From IMG/VR virus record IMGVR_UViG_3300038701_003016, positions 29 to 64,028 of that record: a stretch of DNA of 64,000 nt. One strand, written 5' to 3'. This document shows, one piece after another, positions 17,005 to 27,106 of the stretch. Both the position numbers and the translations under genes were made by a program. Each line of letters starts with the position of its first letter. The stretch's first letter is position 1. This DNA comes from a virus. The notes beneath the pieces are model-generated. The model did no database searches, was not told where the DNA came from, and was given only the letters and a program-made list of their open reading frames with translations.

Positions 17005-17595
17005 ATGCCTAATAGAACTCGAATAGTTGACCAAAACGGGAGGCCAATGTGGATAGAAGCATCAGGCTTAATGGGAACAGTGACTGCTGAAGAGTTTGCT
17101 ACTCAACAAGGATGGGTATTTGAAACAAATGCTTCAGTACAGACTTTAGCTGATGGAGCTACTTTCGATTTAGCGCTATCAGTAGCAGATATTCCTGAGG
17201 ACCCTGGAGATACTTTTGCTTTAGGCATAGCGGGCAAATTTGTAACAACAAGACAAGCAGAAGTAGAAGTATATTTAGGAACCCAGTTTACTGGAGGAAC
17301 AAGTATAGCAGTGACTAATAGAAATACTATATCGGCTAATACTTCAAATGTATCCGCGGTAACTAATCCTACAATATCAGACCTAGGAACTTTATATCAT
17401 TTAGATTTAATACCAGGAACTGCTAGCAGTGGGGGCCCCCCTTCTTCTATAGGAGATAGTATCAGTGACTCAAGAAGAGTAGTAGGAACTCCAGAAGCTA
17501 TATTAACTCGTATTACTAATACATCCGGGGAGAGCATGTCCGTTTTAATTCAAAAATCTTGGATAGAGCGCAAATTAGGGGAAACGGTTATATGA
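17005..17595 (+). CDS. putative virion protein
   Basis: Beta-rich Thr/Ser/Gly ORF coupled between portal and adaptor. Confidence 0.55.
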   Translation: MPNRTRIVDQNGRPMWIEASGLMGTVTAEEFATQQGWVFETNASVQTLADGATFDLALSVADIPEDPGDTFALGIAGKFVTTRQAEVEVYLGTQFTGGTSIAVTNRNTISANTSNVSAVTNPTISDLGTLYHLDLIPGTASSGGPPSSIGDSISDSRRVVGTPEAILTRITNTSGESMSVLIQKSWIERKLGETVI

Positions 17596-18158
17596 GTATT
17601 TCCACAATTACAATTAACAGTGTCGATTATACTTCCTATGCTTCAGTTATAGAAGCTAATGAATATTTAGCAGTCGATCCTGTTCGTATGTCTCAATGGG
17701 ATACATTGGATGCTGACCAAAAAGGCTCAAACTTAGTAGCCGCCACGCGTAGGCTAGACCAATTAAATTGGGAAGGACTTAAAGTAGCCCCTTCTCAAGA
17801 AAATGCATGGCCTAGATCAGGAGTAACTGATAAAGAGGGAAATCCAGTTTCTTCTACGGGAGTTCCTTTAGATTTAGAAAACGCCTGTATTTTATTGGCA
17901 GGTTCTATTGCGTTAGATAGCGCGGCCTCTCAAGCGGGAGGTAGCGGGTCTAATATTAAATCAGTAGGAGCTGGCTCGGCAAGAGTAGATTTCTTTAGAC
18001 CTACAGACGGAGTAGCTTTATCTGATGAAACCGCGTTTAGCCTTGTTCAACAATATATAGGGTCTCCTACAGGGCTTTTCGGAACTGCAACCGGAACTTC
18101 TTCTAAATCAGAATTTTGTGATAAAGGGGCGCCGAGGCTAAATGAAGGATATCCCTAA
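17592..18158 (+). CDS. head-tail adaptor (DnaT-like)
   Basis: SYASVIEANEY...LVAATRRLD...WEG...WPR pattern. Confidence 0.75.
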   Translation: MSISTITINSVDYTSYASVIEANEYLAVDPVRMSQWDTLDADQKGSNLVAATRRLDQLNWEGLKVAPSQENAWPRSGVTDKEGNPVSSTGVPLDLENACILLAGSIALDSAASQAGGSGSNIKSVGAGSARVDFFRPTDGVALSDETAFSLVQQYIGSPTGLFGTATGTSSKSEFCDKGAPRLNEGYP

Positions 18159-18535
18159 TGCCTAATCTATTTGGACTGGATATTGCTAAATTAGTGAATG
18201 ATACTATACAAAAAGCTGGCGGAGTTTTAGACGGTACCTTGTCAAAAGTAGTAAATGGGGCTAGGGCTCCTGGGGATATAACAGCAGGTCCCTCCACTAC
18301 AGTAACTGAATATAGCTTTAAGGGGTTTATTGAAAATAAAACTGAAGTTCGTCGTTCGGGAACCCTAGTAGCTTCAGGCGGTAAATTTGTTTCTATGCTA
18401 GGAGGTTCATTACCGTCTGGTATAGAACCTATGACTGGCGACTTGGTTACTATAGAAAATATAGAATATAAAATAATAGAAGTTGCCGAAAGAGACCCCG
18501 CAGCAGCTTTATATGTTTTAAGGGTAGAAGTATAA
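18158..18535 (+). CDS. head closure / head-tail joining protein
   Basis: Size, position and the P..GD.V.IE..EY.II...RDPAAALY C-terminus. Confidence 0.65.
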   Translation: MPNLFGLDIAKLVNDTIQKAGGVLDGTLSKVVNGARAPGDITAGPSTTVTEYSFKGFIENKTEVRRSGTLVASGGKFVSMLGGSLPSGIEPMTGDLVTIENIEYKIIEVAERDPAAALYVLRVEV

Positions 18536-19512
18536 TGCCTGTTCAACCTGGAGGAGCTATTGATCCAGCTAGTCGTATAGAAGCTATATTAAATAGGCAA
18601 GAGAGATTATTCAGGCAATCTTTTGAAACGGCTATTTCTAATATAAAAGATGCTAATACTCTATCTATTTTAGCAGATTTATTAGAGCAAGGGCGCTTTG
18701 AAGAAGCTATTATAGCTTTGGATGCAGCAGCCGTTGCTTTAGGGGGTGTTTATGGAGCTGCGGTTTCTGAAGCAGCTCGAGATACTGCTAGATTTCTCTC
18801 CGAAGTCTTAACTGTTAGCGTTTCTTTTGACCAAACTAATATTAGAGCAGTACAAGCTATACAACGTAATTCTTTAAGGTTAATTAGAGAATTTAGCTCT
18901 GAGCAAAGATTGGTGCTTAGACAAGCACTCCAAGATGGTATAACTAGAGGATTAAACCCTATAGATCAAGCTAGAAATTTTAGGTCTTCTGTAGGATTAA
19001 CCCAAAGGCAATTGAGATCCGTTGAAAATTACAGGGCTCTTTTAACTACTTCTCGGCTAGATGGTTTACCTTCTACGCAAGCCTTAAATAGAGCTTTGAG
19101 AGATGGGCGTTTTGACAGAACTATCAGAAGCGCTATACAAAATGAAAATCCTTTAAGGCCTGAACAAGTAGAAAGAATAGTTAATAGATATAAAGAAAGA
19201 TTAATAAAACATAGAGCGGAGGTTATTGGCAGAACTGAAGCTTTACGGTCAGCCCATGAAGGTACCGAAGAAATGTACCGTCAAGCTATAGACACTGGCC
19301 AAATAAATCCGGAGCAACTTAGAAGAAAATGGGTTACTGCTGGAGATGAACGTGTTCGCACTTCGCATTCAAAACTTAATGGTCAGGTAAAAGGCATAGA
19401 TGAACCGTGGGAAGCAGACAGCGGAACTTTGCGTTTTCCAGGTGATCCTTTAGCCCCCGCTTCAGAAACTATCCAGTGTAGATGTGTATTAAGTACTACT
19501 ATAGAAGGTTAA
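18535..19512 (+). CDS. head morphogenesis protein (MuF/SPP1 gp7-like)
   Basis: RAEVIGRTE...KWVTAGDERVRTSH...FPGDP...IQCRC. Confidence 0.9.
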   Translation: MPVQPGGAIDPASRIEAILNRQERLFRQSFETAISNIKDANTLSILADLLEQGRFEEAIIALDAAAVALGGVYGAAVSEAARDTARFLSEVLTVSVSFDQTNIRAVQAIQRNSLRLIREFSSEQRLVLRQALQDGITRGLNPIDQARNFRSSVGLTQRQLRSVENYRALLTTSRLDGLPSTQALNRALRDGRFDRTIRSAIQNENPLRPEQVERIVNRYKERLIKHRAEVIGRTEALRSAHEGTEEMYRQAIDTGQINPEQLRRKWVTAGDERVRTSHSKLNGQVKGIDEPWEADSGTLRFPGDPLAPASETIQCRCVLSTTIEG

Positions 19513-19578
19513 TAGTAATGGTACCCCAATATTTTTAATGGCGGTATCCTAACAATTAATTAACTATAGGAGATATAC

Positions 19579-20316
19579 ATGGCTGAGCGCCTTTATATAC
19601 CTTTAGAAGTTAGAAATACTGTAATAAAAGGTATAGAACTTCAAAGAAGGTTTAATAGAGATTTGCTTTATGGAAAAAGTGTATCTACAACTGAAATTCT
19701 TAAGCTAGCTGCAAATTTACTTGCAAATTCATATATAGATAATGAAAATGCAAATTTGCTATATAAATTTTTCAAAGACATTCCAAACATAGATAATGTA
19801 GCCAAAAAAGAAAACGGAAAACCGACTTCAGAGGTTATCAAATGGTTTTTACATGGCGGCAAAGCTGGTAAACAGTGGATAGATAGCGTATATGTAAATA
19901 AAGAAATCCCGGCAGAAAACCAAGTCTCTATAGAGGTAGATGTACAAAAAGTAGATAGAGAGCTTGGGATAGTATTCGGATATGCTATTGTTTGTAAGAT
20001 AGGAAATGAGGACTATTTTGATACTCAGGGAGATCATATACCTGAGCAGTCTATGTTAGAAGCCACTTCAGATTTTATGTCGGGTGAGAGAACGGCTAAA
20101 GTTATGCATGCAGGAGAGCCTGCAGGACAAGTAGTGTACGGATTTCCATTAACACATGAAATAGCTAAGGCTTTAGATATTGAAGTCAATAAATCTGGAT
20201 TTATAGTCGGTATGAAGCCGGATAGTTCTGAAGTGCTAAATAAATTTGCTACTGGGGAATTTACTGGATTTTCAATTGGCGGTAGGCGCCTAAAAGATAC
20301 GGAGATTAGCGCATGA
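19579..20316 (+). CDS. prohead protease, XkdF-like, with N-terminal extension
   Basis: KVDRELGIVFGYA, DTQGD, KVMH and TGFSIGG motifs. Confidence 0.8.
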   Translation: MAERLYIPLEVRNTVIKGIELQRRFNRDLLYGKSVSTTEILKLAANLLANSYIDNENANLLYKFFKDIPNIDNVAKKENGKPTSEVIKWFLHGGKAGKQWIDSVYVNKEIPAENQVSIEVDVQKVDRELGIVFGYAIVCKIGNEDYFDTQGDHIPEQSMLEATSDFMSGERTAKVMHAGEPAGQVVYGFPLTHEIAKALDIEVNKSGFIVGMKPDSSEVLNKFATGEFTGFSIGGRRLKDTEISA

Positions 20317-21539
20317 CTAAATACTTAGGTAGAAGGCGCCGAATGGATAAGTTTTCTTTAAACGAAGTTAGCTTTGTAACAGTACCGGCTCAAACTCCTG
20401 CGTTAGCTGATATTCAAAAAGCAGATTTGGATATTCTACTAGATGAAAATACAGTTGTAAATACTGAAAAAGCAGGGGATTTAGTTTCCCTCTTTACTTC
20501 TATTGAAGACGGGCATCAACATGGAGTGTCAGTAGAAGAAGATTGTGAAGGCCTAAGAATATTTGTTCATTGGGCTTCTTCTGAAGATGATACAACAGGC
20601 AGTCACGATCATCAGATAACAAGAACTATAGATGGTCAATATGTACTCAGTGAAAATCATGGCCATAGCCATACTATAGATCAAGCCTCTATTGTAAATA
20701 TACTGATGGCAATTATGGCAAAATATGAAAAAACTTCAGATTTGGGCACTCCCAAATTGAAAGAAGGAGGCCTTGAGCTCGCAAGCCTTCCTGAGATTGT
20801 CAAGGCGAGCAAAAGCGATAGTAGCAAGGAGGTCCCAATGGACGAAGAACTTAAAAAAGCACTGGAGAAAGTTGAAACTCTTCAGGCCGAATTAGCTAAA
20901 TCTACAGCAATTAATTCAATGACTGATGTGCATAAACAGTATTTTGATAGCCTCGATGAAAGCATTGAGGATGATCTACGTAAATCGTTTATCGAAGCTT
21001 CTACGGAACAACGAGACGTAGTTGTAAAAGAAGCTCAAGCTAAAATCGAAAAAGCAAAAGAAGTAGTATATACAGCCGTAGATGGCACTGAATATACCAA
21101 AGCGGATGATCCTCGCCTTGTAAAAATGGCTAAAGATCGCGATGAAGATCGTAAAGAGCATATTCTTTTGCAAAAAGCAGCTGAAGATGCTGAAATCACA
21201 AAGCAAGCTGAAACTGAATTAGCTAATTTACCTGGTGACTTAGAAGTGCGTAAAGCTTTGGTAAAATCTGTAAATTCCATTGAAGATGCGGATACACGGC
21301 AAAAAGCTTTGGATGCTCTAAAAGCTCATAATGCTAAATTACATACCGCTTTTGAAACAGTAGGAGCTGCGGGCACTGTAAACATTGAGAAGGCTATTGC
21401 TGATAAACAAGCAGCAGCAGATAAACTCGATGAATTGGCTAAAGCAAGAGCAGCTGAAAAAGGCGAAAATTTCTATGACGCCTATGCAAAAGTATCTGAA
21501 GATAATCCAGAATTAAGAACTAAAGCCGTTAATGGCTAA
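20313..21539 (+). CDS. scaffold protein with a protease-like N-terminal strand
   Basis: LNEVSFVTVPAQ, a His-rich segment, then a long charged helical region. Confidence 0.7.
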   Translation: MTKYLGRRRRMDKFSLNEVSFVTVPAQTPALADIQKADLDILLDENTVVNTEKAGDLVSLFTSIEDGHQHGVSVEEDCEGLRIFVHWASSEDDTTGSHDHQITRTIDGQYVLSENHGHSHTIDQASIVNILMAIMAKYEKTSDLGTPKLKEGGLELASLPEIVKASKSDSSKEVPMDEELKKALEKVETLQAELAKSTAINSMTDVHKQYFDSLDESIEDDLRKSFIEASTEQRDVVVKEAQAKIEKAKEVVYTAVDGTEYTKADDPRLVKMAKDRDEDRKEHILLQKAAEDAEITKQAETELANLPGDLEVRKALVKSVNSIEDADTRQKALDALKAHNAKLHTAFETVGAAGTVNIEKAIADKQAAADKLDELAKARAAEKGENFYDAYAKVSEDNPELRTKAVNG

Positions 21540-21594
21540 TAGTGGGCTGGCTCACTATATAGACAGCTAAAAAATTTAAGTTAGGAGAACTATA

Positions 21595-22038
21595 ATGGCT
21601 TATGAAGCAGTCCACGCCATTTCTTTAGAAGTAATAGCTGCATCCGCAGATATTCCTCAACGGCGTTTTGTGACTTTTGAGACTACTAATGGCTTACAAC
21701 TTCCAGCGGATGTTGGTCAAGGCGTTAACTTGATCGGAGTAACTTTAGAAGGTTATGATGATAGTGAAGCAGATGCAGGTAATGGGACAACTGTTATTCC
21801 CGTTGCTATGCTAAATGGGTCCGGCAAACTGGAAGCAGAAGCCGGAGCCGCTATTGCAGTAGGCGATCTTTTGATTGTTGGCAATGATGGTCGGCCAATC
21901 CCTTCTACAACTACCGCAGGAGGCACAGTTCCAGCTGGGAATTATAGAGAGATTGGAATTGCAGTTTCAGCTACAGGAGCTGCTGCTGAAGTGGTAACTT
22001 TTGTGCCTATTACAGGCCCTGTAGTAACAACTGCATAA
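21595..22038 (+). CDS. capsid decoration/cement protein
   Basis: Small Ala/Gly-rich ORF before the MCP with EAGAAIAVGD motif (DUF2190-like). Confidence 0.65.
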   Translation: MAYEAVHAISLEVIAASADIPQRRFVTFETTNGLQLPADVGQGVNLIGVTLEGYDDSEADAGNGTTVIPVAMLNGSGKLEAEAGAAIAVGDLLIVGNDGRPIPSTTTAGGTVPAGNYREIGIAVSATGAAAEVVTFVPITGPVVTTA

Positions 22039-22079
22039 CCCGCAAACGTATAAACACTAATTAAAGGAGATTAGGTAAA

Positions 22080-23069
22080 ATGCCTATGGTAACAAATCCA
22101 ACAGCGGGTGACGTACATGTTAATAGACCGCTGACTAATTTTTCTCAAAAATTCTTGCAAGATGCAGAATTTTTTATTGGTACTCGGGCAGTTCCGAACC
22201 TGCCTGTCGCCAAACAGTCTGATCTGTATTATGTCTTTGATCGCGCTGATTTTTATCGGGACGAAGCAAAAGAAAGAGCAGATGGGACTGAAACTGAAGG
22301 TAGTGGGTTTAACTTGTCTACCAATCCTTATTTTGCTAGGGTATACGGTTTTCACAAAGACGTAACAGACCGTCAGCGTGCTAACCAAGATGACCAAGTA
22401 AAATTGGATGAGTCCGCTACTCAATTTGTGACTACGAAAATGCTTATTAGGCGTGAACGCTTATTTGCAGACGCCTATATGCAGGATAATATCTGGTTTA
22501 ATGGTGGAACGTCTGCTACTACAGGCGAAGATGTAACCTGGGGCGCAGCAAGTTCGGACCCTATTTCAGATGTTCGCGATGCTATTCGGGGCGTACATCA
22601 ACGTACAGGCTATCGTCCTAATAAAATGATAATTGGGCGTCAAGGCTACGATACTCTTTTGGATAATGATGAAATTTTGTCACGTATTACTGGTGGATCA
22701 ACAGTTTCTCAGCCTGCAAAAGTTGTACGTACTTTGATTGCTCAGCTGTTTGAGTTAGATGAAATTTTCGTTATGGACAGTGTATTTAATTCAGCAAATG
22801 AAGGTGCTGCAGAAAATACTCAGTTTGTATTAGCGGACCAGGCTTTGTTGTATTATGCTCCGAACTCAGTTGGATTAGAAGAGCCTACCGCAGCAGTCCA
22901 ATTTTCTTGGACGGGCCTAATTGGCAGCACAAATAACGGCGTTAGAATTAAACGTTTCCGTGTGGAAACAAAAGCTTCTGACCGTATTGAAGCTGAAATG
23001 GCCTTTGATTATCGGGTACCTTCTGGGGTACTTGGTCACTTGTTTAAAGATGTGAGTGACGCTTCTTGA
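22080..23069 (+). CDS. major capsid protein
   Basis: DVHVNRPLTNFS start typical of the YuA/RDJL-type MCP; position. Confidence 0.85.
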   Translation: MPMVTNPTAGDVHVNRPLTNFSQKFLQDAEFFIGTRAVPNLPVAKQSDLYYVFDRADFYRDEAKERADGTETEGSGFNLSTNPYFARVYGFHKDVTDRQRANQDDQVKLDESATQFVTTKMLIRRERLFADAYMQDNIWFNGGTSATTGEDVTWGAASSDPISDVRDAIRGVHQRTGYRPNKMIIGRQGYDTLLDNDEILSRITGGSTVSQPAKVVRTLIAQLFELDEIFVMDSVFNSANEGAAENTQFVLADQALLYYAPNSVGLEEPTAAVQFSWTGLIGSTNNGVRIKRFRVETKASDRIEAEMAFDYRVPSGVLGHLFKDVSDAS

Positions 23070-23075
23070 GCAACT

Positions 23076-23175
23076 CTAAAGCCTTTTAATAATGTGTTAT
23101 TATCTTTAAGGCCTTTAGAAACACCTACTATTGAGCCTCGGTTTATATTTATATAGGCCGAGGCTGAATAGGTAG
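23076..23175 (+). terminator. stem-loops downstream of MCP
   Basis: Nested GCCTT/AAGGC plus TAATAA/TTATTA hairpin, and AGCCTCGG/CCGAGGCT hairpin (23134-23165). Confidence 0.5.
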
Positions 23176-23209
23176 AAAAGCCTGTTAATTTTAAAAATAG
23201 GAGCTAATC

Positions 23210-23746
23210 ATGGCTGGAAGAATAAGTAGACCTTTGTTCAGACGCGATCAAGTTTTTGTCGCGGTTCGTCCTATAAGGCTCTCTAAGACGACTACTTTAA
23301 ATCCCGGAGAAGAACTTAAACCGGGAGATTTCAGAATTTACCATTTAAGATCCTTATATGCGCGTCGTAGAATTGGAGTCAAAGATACTCCTTGGACTGA
23401 TGCAATGCTTAAAACTACGGGCTTTTATAAGCCAGAGGCTTTTTCTAATGTAGAACCTAAATCTGAAAAAGTAGCGGATCCTGTTTTTGAAGAAAAATTA
23501 GAGACTACTGAAAAAGGTCTTTTAGGAACTATAGTTTCCGCCTTAAGGGGTAATAAAGAAGAAGCTACAGAAGAAGCTACAGAAGAAGCTACAGAAGAAG
23601 CTACAGAAGAAGCTACAGAAGAAGCTACAGAAGAAGCTACAGAAGAAGCTACAGAAGAAGTTACAGAAGAAGCTACAGAAGAAGCTACAGAAGAAGCTAC
23701 AGAAGAAGCCAAGGAAGAAGCCAAGGAAGATGAAGACTGGCTATAG
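23210..23746 (+). CDS. hypothetical virion-module protein with EEAT repeats
   Basis: Basic N-terminal domain plus 14 tetrapeptide repeats; AGGAG RBS. Confidence 0.75.
   Translation: MAGRISRPLFRRDQVFVAVRPIRLSKTTTLNPGEELKPGDFRIYHLRSLYARRRIGVKDTPWTDAMLKTTGFYKPEAFSNVEPKSEKVADPVFEEKLETTEKGLLGTIVSALRGNKEEATEEATEEATEEATEEATEEATEEATEEATEEVTEEATEEATEEATEEAKEEAKEDEDWL
23558..23725 (+). repeat. 12-bp coding tandem repeat x14 (GAAGAAGCTACA)
   Basis: Eleven exact units, one GTT variant and two GCCAAG variants. Confidence 0.95.
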
Positions 23747-23755
23747 GTAATTGAT

Positions 23756-24160
23756 ATGGCTAATCCCGAAGTTCGAAGGGTAACTAATATATTAGTGACA
23801 AGCATAGAAAAAACTATTGCTAGGCTATCAGTTAATATTACAGCGGAACTAATAGAAAGAACGCCTGTGGATACTGGGTGGGCTAGAGCAAATTGGGTAC
23901 CCGCTCTAGGAAGCCCCTCTTCAGAATTAGCAACTACATCTCCAGACTCTTCTGATGTACCTGGCCAATCTAATAGACAAAGTTCAGGTATAAGTTCAGT
24001 ATTAGGATATAAGCTACGTAACGGTGAAGTATTTATATCTAATAATGTTCCTTATATAGAAAGACTAAACGAGGGGACTTCTAACCAAGCTCCTAAAGGA
24101 TTTGTACAAGATGGCATAGAAGCAGGAATTAAGTCCTTAGATGGGATTAATATAGAATGA
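23756..24160 (+). CDS. tail completion protein (HK97 gp10-like)
   Basis: TPVDTGWARANW...ISNNVPYIERLNEG...QAPKGFV. Confidence 0.85.
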   Translation: MANPEVRRVTNILVTSIEKTIARLSVNITAELIERTPVDTGWARANWVPALGSPSSELATTSPDSSDVPGQSNRQSSGISSVLGYKLRNGEVFISNNVPYIERLNEGTSNQAPKGFVQDGIEAGIKSLDGINIE

Positions 24161-24573
24161 CAAATATAGTAGAAGCAAATGAAAAAATAGCTCAATTGTT
24201 TGTCGATACATGGACTACAACCGGGCATGAGTACACATTGGAGAATGAAAAATTTGATCCTCCAGACGATGCTCCTTGGGCTAGGTTTACATCTAGAATT
24301 TCAGCTTCTTCACAAGATACTTTAGGAGTTGAAGGCTCTAGAAAATTTGAAAGATCTGGCTCGGTACTAATTCAAATCTTCGTGCCTACTAACTCTGGTT
24401 CGAAAGTTTCTAAAGAGCTAGCGGGCGTATTATTGCAGGCCTTCGAGGGTCAGCGTATAACAGGAACTACTATACATTTTTTAGATGTAATACCTAGAGA
24501 GACAGGACCCGATGGAAACAAATGGTATCAAACCATCGTGGAAGTAAATTTTAATTTTTACGAAACTAAATAA
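24157..24573 (+). CDS. tail terminator protein
   Basis: FDPP...W.R...G.V.IQIFVP..SG...WYQ..V.V.F pattern. Confidence 0.75.
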   Translation: MTNIVEANEKIAQLFVDTWTTTGHEYTLENEKFDPPDDAPWARFTSRISASSQDTLGVEGSRKFERSGSVLIQIFVPTNSGSKVSKELAGVLLQAFEGQRITGTTIHFLDVIPRETGPDGNKWYQTIVEVNFNFYETK

Positions 24574-24584
24574 AGGAGCTAAAT

Positions 24585-26183
24585 ATGGGCCGCGTCTTGA
24601 CAAATAATGTAGGACTTCAATACGCTATTGAAGCCTCATTAGGCTTACTTCCCGGGGAGACTTCTCCTAACGACGGGAATTCAACTGCAGACTGGTTTAC
24701 TTTGGAACCCAATGAGCTTAGTGGATTTGGAGCTACTATTACTACTGTTGCTCGTGATCCTATTAGTCAAAATAGGCAAAGACGAAAAGGTACTGTTACG
24801 GATTTGGATAGTGCCGTCGAATTTGGGCATGATATTACAGGATCGGTATTTAGAGACTTTATCGAAGGTTTCTGTTTTGCTACCGGCATTAACTCTAATG
24901 TAACTCAACTATTAGCTACGGCAGTAGTAGATGGTGGGGGACTTGATGACGAGTTCACTTTAGATGCAGCTTTAGTAGCTGCTCAAAATAATAAATTAGT
25001 AGCAGGGGCTTTAGTTTGGGCTTCTGGATTTGATACAGCGGCCAATAATGGCCTACATGAAATTGCAACCAATACCACTACAGATACTTCTGTACCTGTA
25101 CCAACAGGAACTTTAACAGCTGAAACAGGGCAATCTGGAAGAGTATCTTTTGCCGGCTGGCGTATTCAAGCTTCAGATACGGTAACCTGGACTTGGAATG
25201 CGGGCTCTAAAGAAGCTACTTTAAATGAAACCGGAGTCGGAACTCAGCTGATTGCTTTAGGATTAACTGCCGGTCAGCTAGTGCATATTGGCTCGATAGC
25301 CTCTTTCGGCGGAAGCATTCAGAATGCTTTTGAAAATTCATCCGCTAATGATATGTTTGGGTATGCTCGAGTTAAATCTATTACAGCAGATGATGTAGTA
25401 TTTGATAAAGTAGATAGCGCTTTGCAATTTACAGATGCTACTGATCCTACTACAGATTTAGATATTGTTTTTGGTGAATTTATACGTAACGTTTCAGTTT
25501 CAGATAATGATTTCCTAGAAAGATCTTTTCAAATGGAAACGACATTTCCTAATTTAGGAGATGGCACAGTAGGCAATACAGATACAGCATACCAATATGC
25601 AAGAGGCAACTTTTGCAATACGGCATCTTTTAGTCTGCCTTTAACTGATAAAGCCTCAGTCACTTTTGCTATGGTCGGTACTGATACGGCAAATCCAGGG
25701 ACTACTAGGCAGCCAAATGCAGCTTCAGGAACATTGCCTACACAAACTGCTGCCTTTAATACTTCTTCAGATATTGCTAGATTGCGCATAACAGAAGCAG
25801 ACGAAGATGGAATTACCACAGACTTTAAGTCTTTGACTCTAACTTTAAATAATAATGTTAGTCCTGAAAAAGTGCTAGGGCAATTAGGAGCCAAGTTCTT
25901 AAATACAGGCAATTTTGAAGTAGAGGTAGAAGCCCAACTTTTATTTACTAACCCTCTAGTGATAAATAAAATTAGAGATAATGAAACAGTTACAATGGAC
26001 TTTATCCTTAAAAATGATGATGGAATTATCGGAGTAGATATTCCAAGCATGACTTTAGGGGGTGGTGATAGAGAATTTCCGGTTAATGAAAGTGTACTGC
26101 TCAATACAACGGGTGAAGCTTTTGGAGATGCTTCTTTAAATACCTCTATAGGTATAAGTATTATACCTATTCCTTTTGCGTAA
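24585..26183 (+). CDS. major tail tube protein with internal insertion
   Basis: YuA-type TTP motifs (RQRRKGTVTDLDS, TAAFNTSSD, LGGGDREFPVNESV). Confidence 0.8.
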   Translation: MGRVLTNNVGLQYAIEASLGLLPGETSPNDGNSTADWFTLEPNELSGFGATITTVARDPISQNRQRRKGTVTDLDSAVEFGHDITGSVFRDFIEGFCFATGINSNVTQLLATAVVDGGGLDDEFTLDAALVAAQNNKLVAGALVWASGFDTAANNGLHEIATNTTTDTSVPVPTGTLTAETGQSGRVSFAGWRIQASDTVTWTWNAGSKEATLNETGVGTQLIALGLTAGQLVHIGSIASFGGSIQNAFENSSANDMFGYARVKSITADDVVFDKVDSALQFTDATDPTTDLDIVFGEFIRNVSVSDNDFLERSFQMETTFPNLGDGTVGNTDTAYQYARGNFCNTASFSLPLTDKASVTFAMVGTDTANPGTTRQPNAASGTLPTQTAAFNTSSDIARLRITEADEDGITTDFKSLTLTLNNNVSPEKVLGQLGAKFLNTGNFEVEVEAQLLFTNPLVINKIRDNETVTMDFILKNDDGIIGVDIPSMTLGGGDREFPVNESVLLNTTGEAFGDASLNTSIGISIIPIPFA

Positions 26184-26214
26184 ATTAAATAACTGTAAAT
26201 AATAGTAAAAACTG

Positions 26215-26247
26215 GTTGCCATAGTCTACAAGCTATGGCAACTTTTT
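26215..26247 (+). terminator. intrinsic terminator after tail tube gene
   Basis: GTTGCCATAG/CTATGGCAAC plus T run. Confidence 0.8.
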
Positions 26248-26274
26248 ATTTAGCTCTAATTAGGAGAAAGTTAA

Positions 26275-26721
26275 ATGAGCAAATTTAGTTACTTTGAAAA
26301 AGCTAAGGTATCTGTAAATGATACTAAAAAATTCCCTTTGAATGATATTGAAAATCCTGATGGAAGCTCCCCCACTTTAATTCTTGCCCCTGCCGCTGAA
26401 CCGAATAAGCCTTATTTCAATGCCTTATTGAAAAAAGGAGGTAGGTCTACTCGTCAAGTAGTATCCGGAAAACTTACTTTAGAGCTGCTTCAAGAAAATA
26501 GAAATGAAGATAAACGCCTATTTCCGAAGTACGTAATTAAAGGATGGGAAAATGTATTTAATAGCGCTGGGGAACCCGTAGAGTTTTCCCAAGCTGAATG
26601 TGAAGATTTTGTAAATTCTATGCCTGATTGGTTGTTTGATACAATTAGAAACTATGCGGCTATTGTACAAAATTTTACAACTGGAGTAGTTGTAGATAGC
26701 CAAGAAACGGGAAACGATTAG
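26275..26721 (+). CDS. tail assembly chaperone (G-like)
   Basis: Position between tube and TMP; GWENV motif; ends just after a slippery heptamer. Confidence 0.8.
   Translation: MSKFSYFEKAKVSVNDTKKFPLNDIENPDGSSPTLILAPAAEPNKPYFNALLKKGGRSTRQVVSGKLTLELLQENRNEDKRLFPKYVIKGWENVFNSAGEPVEFSQAECEDFVNSMPDWLFDTIRNYAAIVQNFTTGVVVDSQETGND
26709..26715 (+). other. -1 programmed frameshift site G GGA AAC
   Basis: XXXYYYZ heptamer in the correct phase. The -1 frame from 26715 is open and in frame with ATG 26742. Confidence 0.8.
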
Positions 26722-26741
26722 GGGCCAGACTGCTTTGGGAG

Positions 26742-27095
26742 ATGCGCCTAGAAAGAGATGGCTTTTCTATAGATCAAGCTATAGCTAAAGGGCGTGCTCT
26801 CCCAGAATGGTTTTTAGAAGAGCCCATTATATTACCTGGAGAAGAATTTTATATAAAAGCTTTTTTCCATCTAAGTACTTGTAGACATGGAAATGGTATG
26901 TCAACCGGGCCTATTCCTTGGAATAATTGTCTCGAATATGGGTTGCTGGCAGGATTAGATAATGACATAATCGAAACGTTTATAGAAATAATCCGAGTAA
27001 TGGATACTATATATTTGAAATGGCAAGATGACGAGGCTAAAAAAGCACAACAATCTGCCAAGCGTTCAAGTAAAGCCAAAAGTACCAGAAAGTAA
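26742..27095 (+). CDS. tail assembly chaperone C-terminal part (T-like)
   Basis: AFFHLSTCR..G...GPIPW motif; reached by the frameshift. Confidence 0.8.
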   Translation: MRLERDGFSIDQAIAKGRALPEWFLEEPIILPGEEFYIKAFFHLSTCRHGNGMSTGPIPWNNCLEYGLLAGLDNDIIETFIEIIRVMDTIYLKWQDDEAKKAQQSAKRSSKAKSTRK

Positions 27096-27106
27096 AGGAT
27101 TTATAC

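Noticed and set aside
23425-23805. Antisense Ser/Val/Ala-rich ORF
   Set aside because: It is a shadow of the EEAT repeat on the opposite strand.
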